Positions 28,159 through 38,690 of a stretch of DNA of 64,000 nucleotides are shown one piece after another. The notes beneath the pieces were generated by a model. The model was not told the origin of the DNA and made no database searches. It saw nothing but the letters and a program-made list of their open reading frames with translations. The translations under genes and the position numbers were made by a program. How positions within the stretch are numbered: the first letter of the stretch is position 1; the number at the start of each line of letters is the position of its first letter. The DNA comes from Hyphomicrobiales bacterium (GTDB taxonomy: Bacteria > Pseudomonadota > Alphaproteobacteria > Rhizobiales > Xanthobacteraceae). Location of the stretch: positions 23,782-87,781 of the forward strand of contig JADJPN010000006.1 in the NCBI GenBank assembly GCA_016713235.1. Reading direction: 5' to 3'.

Positions 28159-31134
28159 ATGACCGCCTTCCCTTCCTTCGATGCGCCCTATGCCGAAGAC
28201 GATGACGCGATTGCTGCTCGCCTCCTCGCGGGCACTCGCGCTTCCGGCGAGAAACGCGAAACCATTGAGCACACCGCACGCGGCTTGATTGAGGCAATTC
28301 GCGTGGAGGCCGGCAGCTTTGGCGGCGTGGAAGAACTCTTGCGCGAGTTTTCACTCTCAACAAAAGAAGGCATCGCGCTGATGGTGCTCGCCGAAGCACT
28401 GCTGCGCATTCCGGACGCGGAAACCGCCGACCGTCTGATCGAGGACAAGCTCGCGGCCGGCGATTTCGAACACCACAAATCGAAATCCGACGCGCTCCTG
28501 GTCAACGCCTCGGTTTGGGCGCTGGCACTCAGTGCGCGACCCATCCAACCCGGAGAAACGCCGGAAGGCATTCTCGGCGCACTGACAAAGCGGGTCGGTC
28601 TGCCCACGGTGCGAACCGCAATGCGCCAGGCCATGCGCATCATGGGACAGCATTTCGTCTTCGGCGAGAACATCGAAGGCGCGCTGAAGCGCGCCAAAGA
28701 GAATTCACGCTACCGCTACTCCTTCGACATGCTCGGCGAAGGCGCACGGACGGCGCAAGACGCCGCGCGCTATCGCGAATCCTATCTTCGCGCGATTCAA
28801 GAGATCGGAAAAAATGCGAAAGCTGCCGCTTTCGCGGATCGGCCCGGAATTTCGGTGAAGCTCTCCGCGTTGCACCCGCGCTATGAAACGATCAGCCGCG
28901 ATCGCGTATTGCAGGAATTGCCGCCCGTTCTGCTCGAACTGGCGCAAGCCGCAAAATCTTACGATCTGCATTTCACGATCGACGCCGAGGAAGCCGACCG
29001 CCTCGAACTTTCGCTCGAAGTGATTGCGGCCGTGTTCGCCGATCCGTCGCTCGCGGGCTGGAACGGCTTTGGCATCGCCGTGCAAGCTTATCAAAAGCGT
29101 GCCGGCGCGGTGCTCGGCTGGTTTGCGTCGCTCGCGAAGCAACACGACCGCCATGCAACCGTCCGTCTCGTCAAAGGCGCGTATTGGGACACCGAGATCA
29201 AGCGTGCGCAGGAGCGCGGGCTTGATGGCTATCCGGTGTTCACGCGCAAGGCGATGACGGACCTGAACTACGAAGCCTGTTCGCACCAATTGCTCGCGTT
29301 GCGCCCGCACATTTACCCGCAATTCGCGACCCACAATGCGCTCACCGTCGCCAGCGTGCTGGCGATAGCCGGTGCAAGCAAAGACTTCGAATTTCAACGC
29401 CTGCACGGCATGGGCGAAGCGCTTTACGAAAAGCTACTCTCCGGCAATGACCTGCTCGCATGCCGCGTCTATGCGCCGGTCGGAGCGCATGCCGATTTGC
29501 TGGCTTATCTGGTGCGCCGGCTGCTCGAGAACGGCGCAAACTCCTCTTTCGCTTCCGCCTCGGCAGATCCCGAAATTGTGATCGATACCCTGCTGCGGTC
29601 GCCGGCAGAGGACATCGCTGCGCGCGGTGCGAAGAACACGAAGATCGCTTTGCCGGGCGATCTCTATGGCGCGCGCAAAAACTCGGCTGGCGTGGAATTC
29701 GGTCACCGCGCTTCATTGAACGCCCTACGCGCCGAAGCCACAAACACGGCGGCCGGAACGGCTGCGAAATCACACGCACCGAAGGAAGCAACGCAATTTG
29801 CTTCCGAGGCTTTCGCGCGCTGGAGCCGCACGCCCGCGAATGAGCGTGCGGCAATCCTGGAGCGCGCCGCCGCGCTGCTCGAAACCCGGCGCGGCCGCTT
29901 CATCGCGCTCCTGCAAAGCGAAGGGAAGAAAACGCTCGACGACGCGCTGTCGGAAGTGCGCGAGGCGATCGATTTCTGCCGCTATTACGCGGCCGAAACG
30001 CGCAGATTGTTCACGAACGATACGCTGCTTCCCGGCCCTGTAGGCGAGCGCAATTTGCTCCGCCTCACCGGACGTGGACCTTTCGTTGCGATCTCGCCGT
30101 GGAACTTTCCGCTCGCGATCTTCATGGGGCAGGTGACGGCGGCGCTCGCCGCCGGAAACACGGTCATCGCCAAGCCCGCCGAGCAAACACCGCTGATCGC
30201 CGCCGAAGCCGTGGCATTGCTGCACGAAGCGGGAGTGCCGGAGAACGTGCTTCTTCTGGTGCAAGGCGACGGCAAAGCGGGGGCAGAACTGGTCGCCGAT
30301 GCTCGCGTTGCCGGCGTTGTTTTCACCGGCTCGACACAAGTCGCACAGACCATAAACCGCACGCTCGCGGCGAAGAACGGTCCGATCGTGCCGCTGATCG
30401 CCGAAACCGGCGGCATCAATGTCATGGTGACGGACGCAAGCGCGTTACCTGAACAGATCGCCGACGATGTCATCGCCTCCGCCTTCCGCTCCGCCGGTCA
30501 GCGCTGTTCGGCGTTACGGCTTTTGCTGTTGCCAAGCGAAATCGCAGACAAGATCATTGCGATGATCGTGGGCGCCGCCCGAGAACTCAAAGTCGGCGAC
30601 CCGCACGAAATTTCAACGCATGTCGGACCCGTTATCGATCAAGAAGCGAAACAGCGTCTCGACGAGTACATCGGAAAAATGAAAACCGATGCGCGCCTGC
30701 ACTTCGCCGGCGCAACAAATGCTGAGGGCACTTTCGTCACGCCGCACATTTTCGAGATTGCGAGCGCCGAAGACCTCAACGAGGAAATCTTCGGCCCCGT
30801 GCTGCATATTCTTCGCTACGATCGCAAAAACATGAACGGCACGCTCGCGGCATTGGCGCGCAAAGGCTACCGGCTCACCGCCGGCGTTCACTCGCGCATC
30901 GACAGCATGACGGAAGTCGTCGCCGATACGCTCGGCGCGGGGAATGTCTATGTGAACCGCAACATGATCGGTGCGGTCGTCGGCGTGCAGCCGTTCGGCG
31001 GCAGCGGATTATCCGGCACAGGCCCGAAAGCGGGCGGCCCGCATTATCTGCCGCGCTTCGCGACGGAGCAGACCATCACGATCAATACTGCCGCGGCCGG
31101 CGGCGACGCCACGCTGATCGCGATGTCGGATTAG
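28159..31134 (+). CDS. putA: bifunctional proline dehydrogenase / L-glutamate gamma-semialdehyde dehydrogenase PutA
   Basis: 991 aa. A PRODH barrel is followed by an ALDH domain (ISPWNFPLAIF; FRSAGQRCSALR). No N-terminal RHH domain is evident. Confidence 0.95.
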   Translation: MTAFPSFDAPYAEDDDAIAARLLAGTRASGEKRETIEHTARGLIEAIRVEAGSFGGVEELLREFSLSTKEGIALMVLAEALLRIPDAETADRLIEDKLAAGDFEHHKSKSDALLVNASVWALALSARPIQPGETPEGILGALTKRVGLPTVRTAMRQAMRIMGQHFVFGENIEGALKRAKENSRYRYSFDMLGEGARTAQDAARYRESYLRAIQEIGKNAKAAAFADRPGISVKLSALHPRYETISRDRVLQELPPVLLELAQAAKSYDLHFTIDAEEADRLELSLEVIAAVFADPSLAGWNGFGIAVQAYQKRAGAVLGWFASLAKQHDRHATVRLVKGAYWDTEIKRAQERGLDGYPVFTRKAMTDLNYEACSHQLLALRPHIYPQFATHNALTVASVLAIAGASKDFEFQRLHGMGEALYEKLLSGNDLLACRVYAPVGAHADLLAYLVRRLLENGANSSFASASADPEIVIDTLLRSPAEDIAARGAKNTKIALPGDLYGARKNSAGVEFGHRASLNALRAEATNTAAGTAAKSHAPKEATQFASEAFARWSRTPANERAAILERAAALLETRRGRFIALLQSEGKKTLDDALSEVREAIDFCRYYAAETRRLFTNDTLLPGPVGERNLLRLTGRGPFVAISPWNFPLAIFMGQVTAALAAGNTVIAKPAEQTPLIAAEAVALLHEAGVPENVLLLVQGDGKAGAELVADARVAGVVFTGSTQVAQTINRTLAAKNGPIVPLIAETGGINVMVTDASALPEQIADDVIASAFRSAGQRCSALRLLLLPSEIADKIIAMIVGAARELKVGDPHEISTHVGPVIDQEAKQRLDEYIGKMKTDARLHFAGATNAEGTFVTPHIFEIASAEDLNEEIFGPVLHILRYDRKNMNGTLAALARKGYRLTAGVHSRIDSMTEVVADTLGAGNVYVNRNMIGAVVGVQPFGGSGLSGTGPKAGGPHYLPRFATEQTITINTAAAGGDATLIAMSD

Positions 31135-32360
31135 CCTCTGCTTCCTCGCAATCTCCGCAGCAACTCCTCCGTCGGATAGCCATCGGCCGGAAGTTTGAAC
31201 TTGATCTGGGCGTGCTGCACGGCCTTGCGCGAAGCAGCGCCCAGCCTTCCGTCGATGCCGCCTACATCGTAACCGTGCTTTACAAGCAGCGTCTGCAATT
31301 CGCGCACCTGCTCCATCGTGAACGTGCCGGGCTCGCCGTTGCCTTTGCGCAAGACCGGAGCGCCGGCGATGCGCGTCGCAAGATACGCCGCGGTCGTCGA
31401 ATAGATGATCGAGTGGTTCCATTCCGTGAATACGCGAAAATTCGGATAGACGAGAAACGCCGGCCCCAGCCTTCCCATCGGCAGCAGCAACGATGCGTTC
31501 GGTGCGCTTTCCGGCAGCGGCTTGCCGTTTGCAAGCGTGCCCCCCCACTTCGCCCACTGCGCATGCGGGTGTTCGATGTCGAGGTTTGCCTGCGACAAAT
31601 CCATGCGCTCGGGCACGCGCACCTCCTGCATCCACGGTTCGCCCCTGCGCCAGCCGATTTTCTGCACGTAATGCGCGGTGGTCGCCATCACATCCGGCAC
31701 GCTGCGCAACAGATCGACCTTGCCGTTGCCGTCGAGATCGACGCCGTAGTTGAAGTAGTGCGAAGGCAGAAACTGCGTCTGCCCGAGTTCGCCCGCCCAC
31801 GAGCCGATCATATTGTCGGGCGTGAGATCACCCCGCTCGATGATCTTGAGCGCGGCCAACAGCTCCTTCCGGAAGCGCTCGCTGCGGCGGCAATCGTAAG
31901 CGAGCGTCGCAAGCGAACGCAGCACTTCGAACTTGCCAACGTCCGCGCCGAAGCCGCTTTCAAGCCCCCAGAACGCCGTGAGGACCGCCGGCGGCACGCC
32001 ATACTGCTCTTCGACCTTCTGAAAAAGCGCTGCGTGCTTCTTGATCAATTGCTGGCTGCGCGGCGCACGCCCGCCGCCAGCCATGCGGTTCGAGAATTCG
32101 AGAAAGGGCTGGCTGAATACGCGCTGCCCGCGGTCAATGCCGATGATCTTGTGATCCAGCACCAGAAGATGCTGCGTTCGCGCGAGTGTGCGCTGCGAGA
32201 GTCCCTGCTCCAGCGCTTCGCGCTTAAAATCCGCAAGCCATTTATCGAAGCTCCCGGTATTGCGACAATTCGCAGGCGCCGATTGGGCCATGGCCCATGT
32301 GCCATTGACCAGCGACAACGCAAGCGCAGCAATAACGACGCCGTAAATACGAAACCGCAT
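31131..32360 (-). CDS. lytic murein transglycosylase (MltB family) with a C-terminal peptidoglycan-binding domain
   Basis: Signal peptide from ATG 32360 (MRFRIYGVVIAALALSLVNGTWAMA). Contains the ESGFG catalytic block and a C-terminal PG_binding_1-like repeat (LQTLLVKHGYDVGGIDGRLG). Confidence 0.85.
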   Translation of the reverse strand: MRFRIYGVVIAALALSLVNGTWAMAQSAPANCRNTGSFDKWLADFKREALEQGLSQRTLARTQHLLVLDHKIIGIDRGQRVFSQPFLEFSNRMAGGGRAPRSQQLIKKHAALFQKVEEQYGVPPAVLTAFWGLESGFGADVGKFEVLRSLATLAYDCRRSERFRKELLAALKIIERGDLTPDNMIGSWAGELGQTQFLPSHYFNYGVDLDGNGKVDLLRSVPDVMATTAHYVQKIGWRRGEPWMQEVRVPERMDLSQANLDIEHPHAQWAKWGGTLANGKPLPESAPNASLLLPMGRLGPAFLVYPNFRVFTEWNHSIIYSTTAAYLATRIAGAPVLRKGNGEPGTFTMEQVRELQTLLVKHGYDVGGIDGRLGAASRKAVQHAQIKFKLPADGYPTEELLRRLRGSRG

Positions 32361-32552
32361 TTCTCTCACTTGACCTCTCACCTGGATGGAAATTCCCGCG
32401 ATCATTCTAGCCCAGCTAGCCGCGAAAAAAGCCGCGCCGCAACAGTAGGAGTGCCTACGAATTCTTGCGCAATTCCATGAGTTGGCGGAGTATTCGGACG
32501 AATTCGAACAAGCGGCCGGTCAACGGCCGCGTCCTCGGGAGGAAGAAAGTCC

Positions 32553-33728
32553 ATGCTACGCAGGTCGTTTCTCGCCGCGCTCGCGGCAACTGCGCTTGCA
32601 GCCGGTGCCACACCGGCAGCCGCACAGGAGACCGTGAAGATCGGTCTGATCATACCGCTGACCGGCCCCTTCACCACCACCGGCAAACAGCTCGAAGCCG
32701 CCGCCAAACTTTACATGGAGCAGAACGGTACCACGGTTGCCGGCAAGAAAATCGAGCTGATCGTGCGCGACGATGCGGGCCGCGCCGAAAATACCGCGCG
32801 CATCGCAGGCGAATTGATCCAGAATGACAAGGTCAGTTTCCTCGCCGGCTTCGGTCTGACACCGCTTGCAATGGCGACCGCGCCGATCGCAACCAATTCG
32901 AAAGTGCCGATGGTCGTAATGATGGCCGGCACCTCGATCATCACCGAGCGCTCGCCCTACATCGTTCGCACGAGCTTCACGCTCGGTCAGTCGGCGGTGA
33001 TCATCGCGGACTGGGCCGCGCAGAATAAGATCAAGAAGGTGGTCACGCTGGTCACCGACTATGCGCCCGGCCACGACGCCGAAAAATCTTTCGTCGATCA
33101 GTTCAAATCGAAGGGCGGCGAGATCGTCGAAAGCCTCCGCGTGCCGATCCAGAACCCCGACTTCGCACCGTTTCTCCAGCGCGTGATCGACGCGAAGCCG
33201 GACGCACTTTACGTCTTCACGCCGTCCGGCGTCGGCGCGATCCTGATGAAGCAGTTCGTCGAACGCGGCCTCGACAAATCCGGCATCCGCCTGATCGGCC
33301 CCGGCGACATTACCGACGACGACGTGCTGCCAGGCTTCGGCGATGCCGCGGTAGGCGTCGTTACCGCGCACAACTATTCCACCGATCATCCTTCGGCGAA
33401 GAACAAGGAATATGTCGCGGCCTTCCGTAAGGCGAACGCGGGCATGCGCCCGAACTTCGCGTCGGTCGGCGGCTATGACGGCATCCATCTGATCTACGAG
33501 GCGCTGAAGAAGACCGGCGGCAAGACGGATGGCGACGCGCTGCTTGCCGCGATGAAGGGGCTCAAGTGGGAAAGCCCGCGCGGGCCGATCTCCATCGATC
33601 CGGAAACCCGCGACATAGTCCAGACCATCTATATCCGCCGCGTCGAGAAGAAGAATGGCGAACTCTACAACGTTGAGTTCGCGAGCTTCCCCGACGTCAA
33701 GGATCCGGTAAAGGCGGCGAAGAAGTAA
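32553..33728 (+). CDS. branched-chain amino acid ABC transporter substrate-binding protein
   Basis: 391 aa with a signal peptide and a type-I periplasmic binding fold pattern (VKIGLIIPLTGPF...). It precedes the livHMGF-like genes. Confidence 0.9.
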   Translation: MLRRSFLAALAATALAAGATPAAAQETVKIGLIIPLTGPFTTTGKQLEAAAKLYMEQNGTTVAGKKIELIVRDDAGRAENTARIAGELIQNDKVSFLAGFGLTPLAMATAPIATNSKVPMVVMMAGTSIITERSPYIVRTSFTLGQSAVIIADWAAQNKIKKVVTLVTDYAPGHDAEKSFVDQFKSKGGEIVESLRVPIQNPDFAPFLQRVIDAKPDALYVFTPSGVGAILMKQFVERGLDKSGIRLIGPGDITDDDVLPGFGDAAVGVVTAHNYSTDHPSAKNKEYVAAFRKANAGMRPNFASVGGYDGIHLIYEALKKTGGKTDGDALLAAMKGLKWESPRGPISIDPETRDIVQTIYIRRVEKKNGELYNVEFASFPDVKDPVKAAKK

Positions 33729-33805
33729 GCCGCATCCGATCCGAAAAGAACTCGGCCCCGTCTATTGGCGCTCCCAATGGCGGGGCCGAATGTTAGAGTA
33801 ACGTC

Positions 33806-34666
33806 ATGCTGACCATTCTCTTCGACGGCATCGCCTACGGAATGCTTCTGTTCGTGATCTCGTGCGGTCTCGCGGTCACGCTCGGTCTCATGAATTTCGT
33901 CAACCTCGCGCATGGCGCCTTCGCCATGCTCGGCGGCTATTGCGCCTACGTGCTCGTCAACCTCTACGGTGTTCCGTTTTTCGCAAGCCTGCCGGTCGCC
34001 TTCATGTTCGCGGCGATGATCGGCCTGCTCGCCGAGCGCACGCTTTACGTCCACTTTTACAATCGCAGCCATCTCGAACAGGTATTGTTCACGATCGGCC
34101 TTGTGTTCATGACCAGCGCGGCCGTCGATTATTTTCTCGGCTCGCAGCAACGCTTCATCAATCTGCCTTCTTATCTGCAGGGCCGTTTCGACTTCTTCGG
34201 CATCGGCATCGGCAAGTACCGGCTGCTGATCATTCTCGTCTGCGCACTGATCCTGATCGTGCTGCAATTGATTCTCGGCTACACGCGCTTCGGCAGCCGC
34301 CTGCGCGCCGCGGTCGATGACCAGCGCGTGGCGCGCGGCCTCGGCATCAACGTCAATTGGGTGTTCGCGCTTACCTTTGCGGTCGGCTGCGGTTTAGCCG
34401 GGCTTGGCGGCGCATTGGGCGCGGAGATCCTTTCGCTCGAGCCGCACTTCCCGCTGAAGTTCATGATCTACTTTCTGATCGTGGTTTCGGTCGGCGGCAC
34501 CTCGAGCATCACCGGGCCGTTCCTCGCTTCGATCCTGCTTGGCATCGGCGATGTCGCCGGAAAGTATTATGCGCCGCGCTACGGCGGCTTCGTCATCTAC
34601 ACCATCATGATCGTCGTGCTGGTCTTGCGTCCGCAGGGCCTATTTGCCCGCGGCACCTCGAAGTAG
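33806..34666 (+). CDS. livH: branched-chain amino acid ABC transporter permease (LivH-like)
   Basis: 286 aa, polytopic, in LivH-type operon context. Confidence 0.9.
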   Translation: MLTILFDGIAYGMLLFVISCGLAVTLGLMNFVNLAHGAFAMLGGYCAYVLVNLYGVPFFASLPVAFMFAAMIGLLAERTLYVHFYNRSHLEQVLFTIGLVFMTSAAVDYFLGSQQRFINLPSYLQGRFDFFGIGIGKYRLLIILVCALILIVLQLILGYTRFGSRLRAAVDDQRVARGLGINVNWVFALTFAVGCGLAGLGGALGAEILSLEPHFPLKFMIYFLIVVSVGGTSSITGPFLASILLGIGDVAGKYYAPRYGGFVIYTIMIVVLVLRPQGLFARGTSK

Positions 34667-34670
34667 CGTC

Positions 34671-35672
34671 ATGAGCAGTCTCGACACCGCGAAGGACGCA
34701 TCGAACGTCATGACGCGAAAACGCTCATGGCATTGGCTCGAATATGCCTTCTGGCTTGCCGCCGCTGCCTCCGTTTTTCTGCTGCCAAGTCAGCATGCGC
34801 TGCTGACGCAGATTGCGATCTGGTCGCTGTTCGCGCTCTCGCTCGACCTTCTGCTCGGCTATGCCGGCATCGTCTCGCTCGGCCATGCGGCCTATTTCGG
34901 CTTCGGCGCTTACGTGGCCGCGCTGTTCGCGATCAACTTCACCGGCGAGCCCGTGACAGGCCTTCTCGTTGCCGGCGTTGCGGCGGGATTGCTCGGCCTC
35001 GTCACAAGTCTTCTCGTGCTCCGCGGCACCGATCTGACGCGGCTCATGGTGACGCTCGGCATTGCGCTCGTGATGTATGAAATCGCAAACCAGATGTCGT
35101 GGCTCACCGGCGGTGCCGATGGCCTCACCGGCATGCCGGTCAATCCGGTACTCGGTTTCTTCCCGATCTATTTCCGCCAGGCGAATTCCTACGCTTATGT
35201 GCTCGTCGTGCTTTTCGTTCTCTTCGTCGTTGCCAAACGGATCGTGCATTCGCCGTTCGGCTATTCGTTGCGCGCGATCAAGGGAAATCCGCTGCGCGCT
35301 TCCTCGATCGGAATTCCGAACAACCCGCGGCTGATCGCGGTCTATACCATTGCCGCCGCCTATGCCGGCATCGCGGGTGCCCTACTCGCGCAGACAACCC
35401 CGGTCGTTTCGCTGACCTACATCGACTTCCAGCGCTCCGCCGACGTGCTGCTGATGTTGATCATTGGCGGCACCGGCTATCTCTATGGCGGGATCATCGG
35501 CAGTGCGTTGTTTCTGGTCGCGCAGAAATTTATCGGCAACATCACGCCGCAATATTGGGAGTTCTGGATCGGCTTCGCGCTGGTCGTGATCGCATTGTTC
35601 GCGCGCGACCGCGGCTTGTTCAGTATCGTCGAGCGCATTGCCGCGTGGCGCAAACGGGGTGCAAAACCGTGA
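34671..35672 (+). CDS. livM: branched-chain amino acid ABC transporter permease (LivM-like)
   Basis: ATG 34671 lies 4 nt after the livH stop. Polytopic membrane protein. Confidence 0.9.
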   Translation: MSSLDTAKDASNVMTRKRSWHWLEYAFWLAAAASVFLLPSQHALLTQIAIWSLFALSLDLLLGYAGIVSLGHAAYFGFGAYVAALFAINFTGEPVTGLLVAGVAAGLLGLVTSLLVLRGTDLTRLMVTLGIALVMYEIANQMSWLTGGADGLTGMPVNPVLGFFPIYFRQANSYAYVLVVLFVLFVVAKRIVHSPFGYSLRAIKGNPLRASSIGIPNNPRLIAVYTIAAAYAGIAGALLAQTTPVVSLTYIDFQRSADVLLMLIIGGTGYLYGGIIGSALFLVAQKFIGNITPQYWEFWIGFALVVIALFARDRGLFSIVERIAAWRKRGAKP

Positions 35673-36418
35673 ACGCACTGGAAACCATCGGCCTCGAGAA
35701 ACGCTTCGGCGGCATCGTGCCGACAAACGACGTGAACCTGAAGGTTCAAGAAGGCGCGCGTCATGCGCTGATCGGTCCGAACGGCGCAGGCAAAACCACG
35801 CTGATCAATCTGCTGACCGGCGTGCTGAAGCCGAGCAAGGGCCGCGTGAAGCTGGGCAACAGCGACATCACGGATCTGTCTCCGCACCGGCGCGTCTCGC
35901 TTGGCATGGCACGCACCTTTCAGATCAATCAGTTGTTTGCCGACCTTTCACCGATCGAGGCCATCACGCTCGTGATCGGCGAGCGCGAAAAACTCGGCGC
36001 AAATTTCTGGCGCGCCTTCGGCAGCGACGAGAAGATCGTCAGCGAGACGAAAGCAATTGCCAGGCAATTCGGCCTTGCCGACGTGCTGCACGAGCGCACG
36101 GCTTCCCTGCCTTATGGCAAGCAGCGTCAGCTCGAGATCGCACTCGCGATTGCCGCAAAGCCGCGCGTGCTTCTGCTCGATGAACCTGCCGCCGGCGTGC
36201 CGGAAGCCGAGCGTCACGAGATTCTCGAAACCGTTGCGGCACTCCCGAAAGACGTCACCGTGCTTCTGATCGAGCACGACATGGATATCGTATTCGGCTT
36301 TGCCGACCGGATTTCCGTGCTCGTCGACGGCAAGCTATTTGTCGAAGGCGAACCCAAAGAGATCGAAAACGATCCGCGCGTGCGCGCGGTTTATCTCGGC
36401 GAGCGAACCGATGACTGA
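35669..36418 (+). CDS. livG: ABC transporter ATP-binding protein (LivG-like)
   Basis: The GTG start overlaps the livM stop (GTGA). Walker [10 protein letters not shown], with [12 protein letters not shown] at the position of the ABC signature. Confidence 0.9.
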   Translation: MNALETIGLEKRFGGIVPTNDVNLKVQEGARHALIGPNGAGKTTLINLLTGVLKPSKGRVKLGNSDITDLSPHRRVSLGMARTFQINQLFADLSPIEAITLVIGEREKLGANFWRAFGSDEKIVSETKAIARQFGLADVLHERTASLPYGKQRQLEIALAIAAKPRVLLLDEPAAGVPEAERHEILETVAALPKDVTVLLIEHDMDIVFGFADRISVLVDGKLFVEGEPKEIENDPRVRAVYLGERTDD

Positions 36419-37127
36419 GATTCTTCGCATCATGAATTTGCGCGCCGGCTACGGCGAGGCCGTGGTGCTGCCGGACCTCTCGCTCATGGTCGAGCGCGGA
36501 CAATCGCTCGCGCTGCTCGGCCGCAATGGCATGGGCAAGACCACGCTCGTCAATTCCATTGTTGGCGTGACGCGCCGCTTCAGCGGCAGGATCATGCTCG
36601 ACGGCAACGACATCACTTCATTGCGCCCCGATCAGCGTGCGCACGCCGGCATCGGCTGGGTGCCGCAGGAGCGCAACATCTTCAAATCGCTGACCGTGAC
36701 CGAGAACCTGACAGCCGTCGCTACTCCGGGAAAATGGGACGCCGGCCGCGTCTTTCAGATGTTTCCCCGGCTTGGCGAGCGCCGCAACAATCTCGGTGAC
36801 CAGCTTTCCGGCGGCGAGCAGCAGATGCTGGCCGTTGGCCGTGCGCTTGTTTTGAATCCGAAACTGCTCCTGCTCGACGAGCCGCTCGAAGGTCTCGCGC
36901 CGATCATCGTCGATGAATTGCTCGCCGCGCTCCGCCGCATTATCGCGGAGGAAAAGCTCTCCGCGATCCTTGTCGAACAGAACGCGCAAAAGATCTTAAG
37001 CGTCACGGACCGCGCGGCAATTCTGGAGCGTGGCGCGATCGTGCACGAAGCCGCGAGCGCCGAGTTGCGCAAACAGCCGCGGGTTCTGGAAAATTATCTC
37101 GGCGTCGGGAAAGCGAAGCGCGCTTAG
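36411..37127 (+). CDS. livF: ABC transporter ATP-binding protein (LivF-like)
   Basis: ATG 36411 overlaps the livG end by 8 nt. Walker A GRNGMGKTT and signature LSGGEQQML. Confidence 0.9.
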   Translation: MTEILRIMNLRAGYGEAVVLPDLSLMVERGQSLALLGRNGMGKTTLVNSIVGVTRRFSGRIMLDGNDITSLRPDQRAHAGIGWVPQERNIFKSLTVTENLTAVATPGKWDAGRVFQMFPRLGERRNNLGDQLSGGEQQMLAVGRALVLNPKLLLLDEPLEGLAPIIVDELLAALRRIIAEEKLSAILVEQNAQKILSVTDRAAILERGAIVHEAASAELRKQPRVLENYLGVGKAKRA

Positions 37128-37128
37128 C

Positions 37129-38391
37129 TTATTCGGCCGCCTGTTGGGCGCGCGCAAACGTCAGGCCGAGCTTGTTCCATACCTCGACCAGCGCATCGAC
37201 GAGCTCCGTGATCAGCTTGTCGTCGTGGAGCGGCGAAGGCGTCACGCGCAGGCGCTCGGCGCCGCGCGGCACGGTCGGATAATTGATCGGCTGGATGTAG
37301 ATGCCGTACTCGTTCAGGAGCATGTCGCTCGCTGCCTTGCAGGCTGCCGCATCACCGACCATCAGCGGAATGATGTGCGTGTTGCCCGGCATCACCGGCA
37401 GACCCGCCTTGAACATTTCCGATTTCGCGCGTGCGACCTGCGCACGATGACCGACACGCTCGATCTGCGAAGTCTTGAGATGCTTGATCGAGGCCGTCGC
37501 CGCGGCGGCAATCGCCGGCGGCAGCGCCGTCGTGAAAATGAATCCCGGCGCGAACGAGCGCACCGCATCGCAGACCGCGTGCTTGCCCGCGATGTAACCG
37601 CCCACCACGCCAAACGCCTTGCCCAGCGTACCTTCGATTACATCGACGCGGCTCATCACGCCGTCGCGCTCCGCGACGCCTGCGCCGCGCGCGCCATACA
37701 TGCCGACGGCATGCACTTCATCGAGATAGGTCATCGCGCCGTAGCGCTCGGCGAGATCGCAGATCGCAGCGATGGGCGCGACATCGCCGTCCATCGAGTA
37801 AATGCTTTCGAATACGACCAGCTTCGGCCGGCTGCCCGCGCCTTTGAGCAATTCTTCGAGATGCGACAGATCGTTGTGGCGGAAGATCATCTTCTGCGCG
37901 CCGGACTGGCGCACGCCTTCGATCATCGAATTGTGGTTGAGCGCGTCTGAAAGAATGAGACAGTCCGGCAACAGTTTCGCGATCGTCGAGATGCCGGTCT
38001 CGTTGGAGATGTAACCCGAGGTGAATACGAGCGCCGCTTCCTTCTGATGAAGGTCGGCAAGCTCCGCCTCGAGATCGACGATATGTTTGCTGTTGCCCGC
38101 GATGTTGCGCGTGCCGCCCGCGCCAGTGCCGCATTCCTGCGCGGCCTTGGTCATGGCATCGATAACATTCGGATGCCGGCCCATGCCGAGATAATCGTTC
38201 GAGCACCAGACCACGATCTCACGGGCGCCCTCGGGCGAATGCCAGATCGCACGCGGAAAGCGCGCCGCATCGCGGTCGATCGGAGTGAAGACGCGATAGC
38301 GCCGCTCGGCGTGCAGGCCGTTCAGCGCTTTTTCGAACAGGTGCTCGTAATCAGATGTCTTCAAGACTGCCAGCTTCCGGCGATTCCGCAA
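37129..38391 (-). CDS. hemA: 5-aminolevulinate synthase
   Basis: Motifs [15 protein letters not shown] and GTLGKAFG (PLP lysine). The start is either TTG 38391 or TTG 38364. Confidence 0.93.
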   Translation of the reverse strand: MRNRRKLAVLKTSDYEHLFEKALNGLHAERRYRVFTPIDRDAARFPRAIWHSPEGAREIVVWCSNDYLGMGRHPNVIDAMTKAAQECGTGAGGTRNIAGNSKHIVDLEAELADLHQKEAALVFTSGYISNETGISTIAKLLPDCLILSDALNHNSMIEGVRQSGAQKMIFRHNDLSHLEELLKGAGSRPKLVVFESIYSMDGDVAPIAAICDLAERYGAMTYLDEVHAVGMYGARGAGVAERDGVMSRVDVIEGTLGKAFGVVGGYIAGKHAVCDAVRSFAPGFIFTTALPPAIAAAATASIKHLKTSQIERVGHRAQVARAKSEMFKAGLPVMPGNTHIIPLMVGDAAACKAASDMLLNEYGIYIQPINYPTVPRGAERLRVTPSPLHDDKLITELVDALVEVWNKLGLTFARAQQAAE

Positions 38392-38690
38392 TCGCGGCGT
38401 ACATTCCTCTTTAGAAACGTATCAAGGAAGGGGCACAACGTCGCGGGAAATGCCTCTTGAGAGAGCAAATCCTTGAACTCCAAGGACTTGCGGTAACCAG
38501 ATACTTTTTTCATACCTGCCCCGCAATTTACCGCTACCTAAATACCTTCCAAATGCCCCTAAGGGCTGGAAATCAGAAGGAGTTTGAAGGCGTTAACTCT
38601 TTAGAAACCATACGGCGGGCAATTTCTGCCTAGTGACCCCTATTTTGGGGGGCGCTGGACCCTCGCTTTGAGGGGCTGGGGAGAGGTTTC

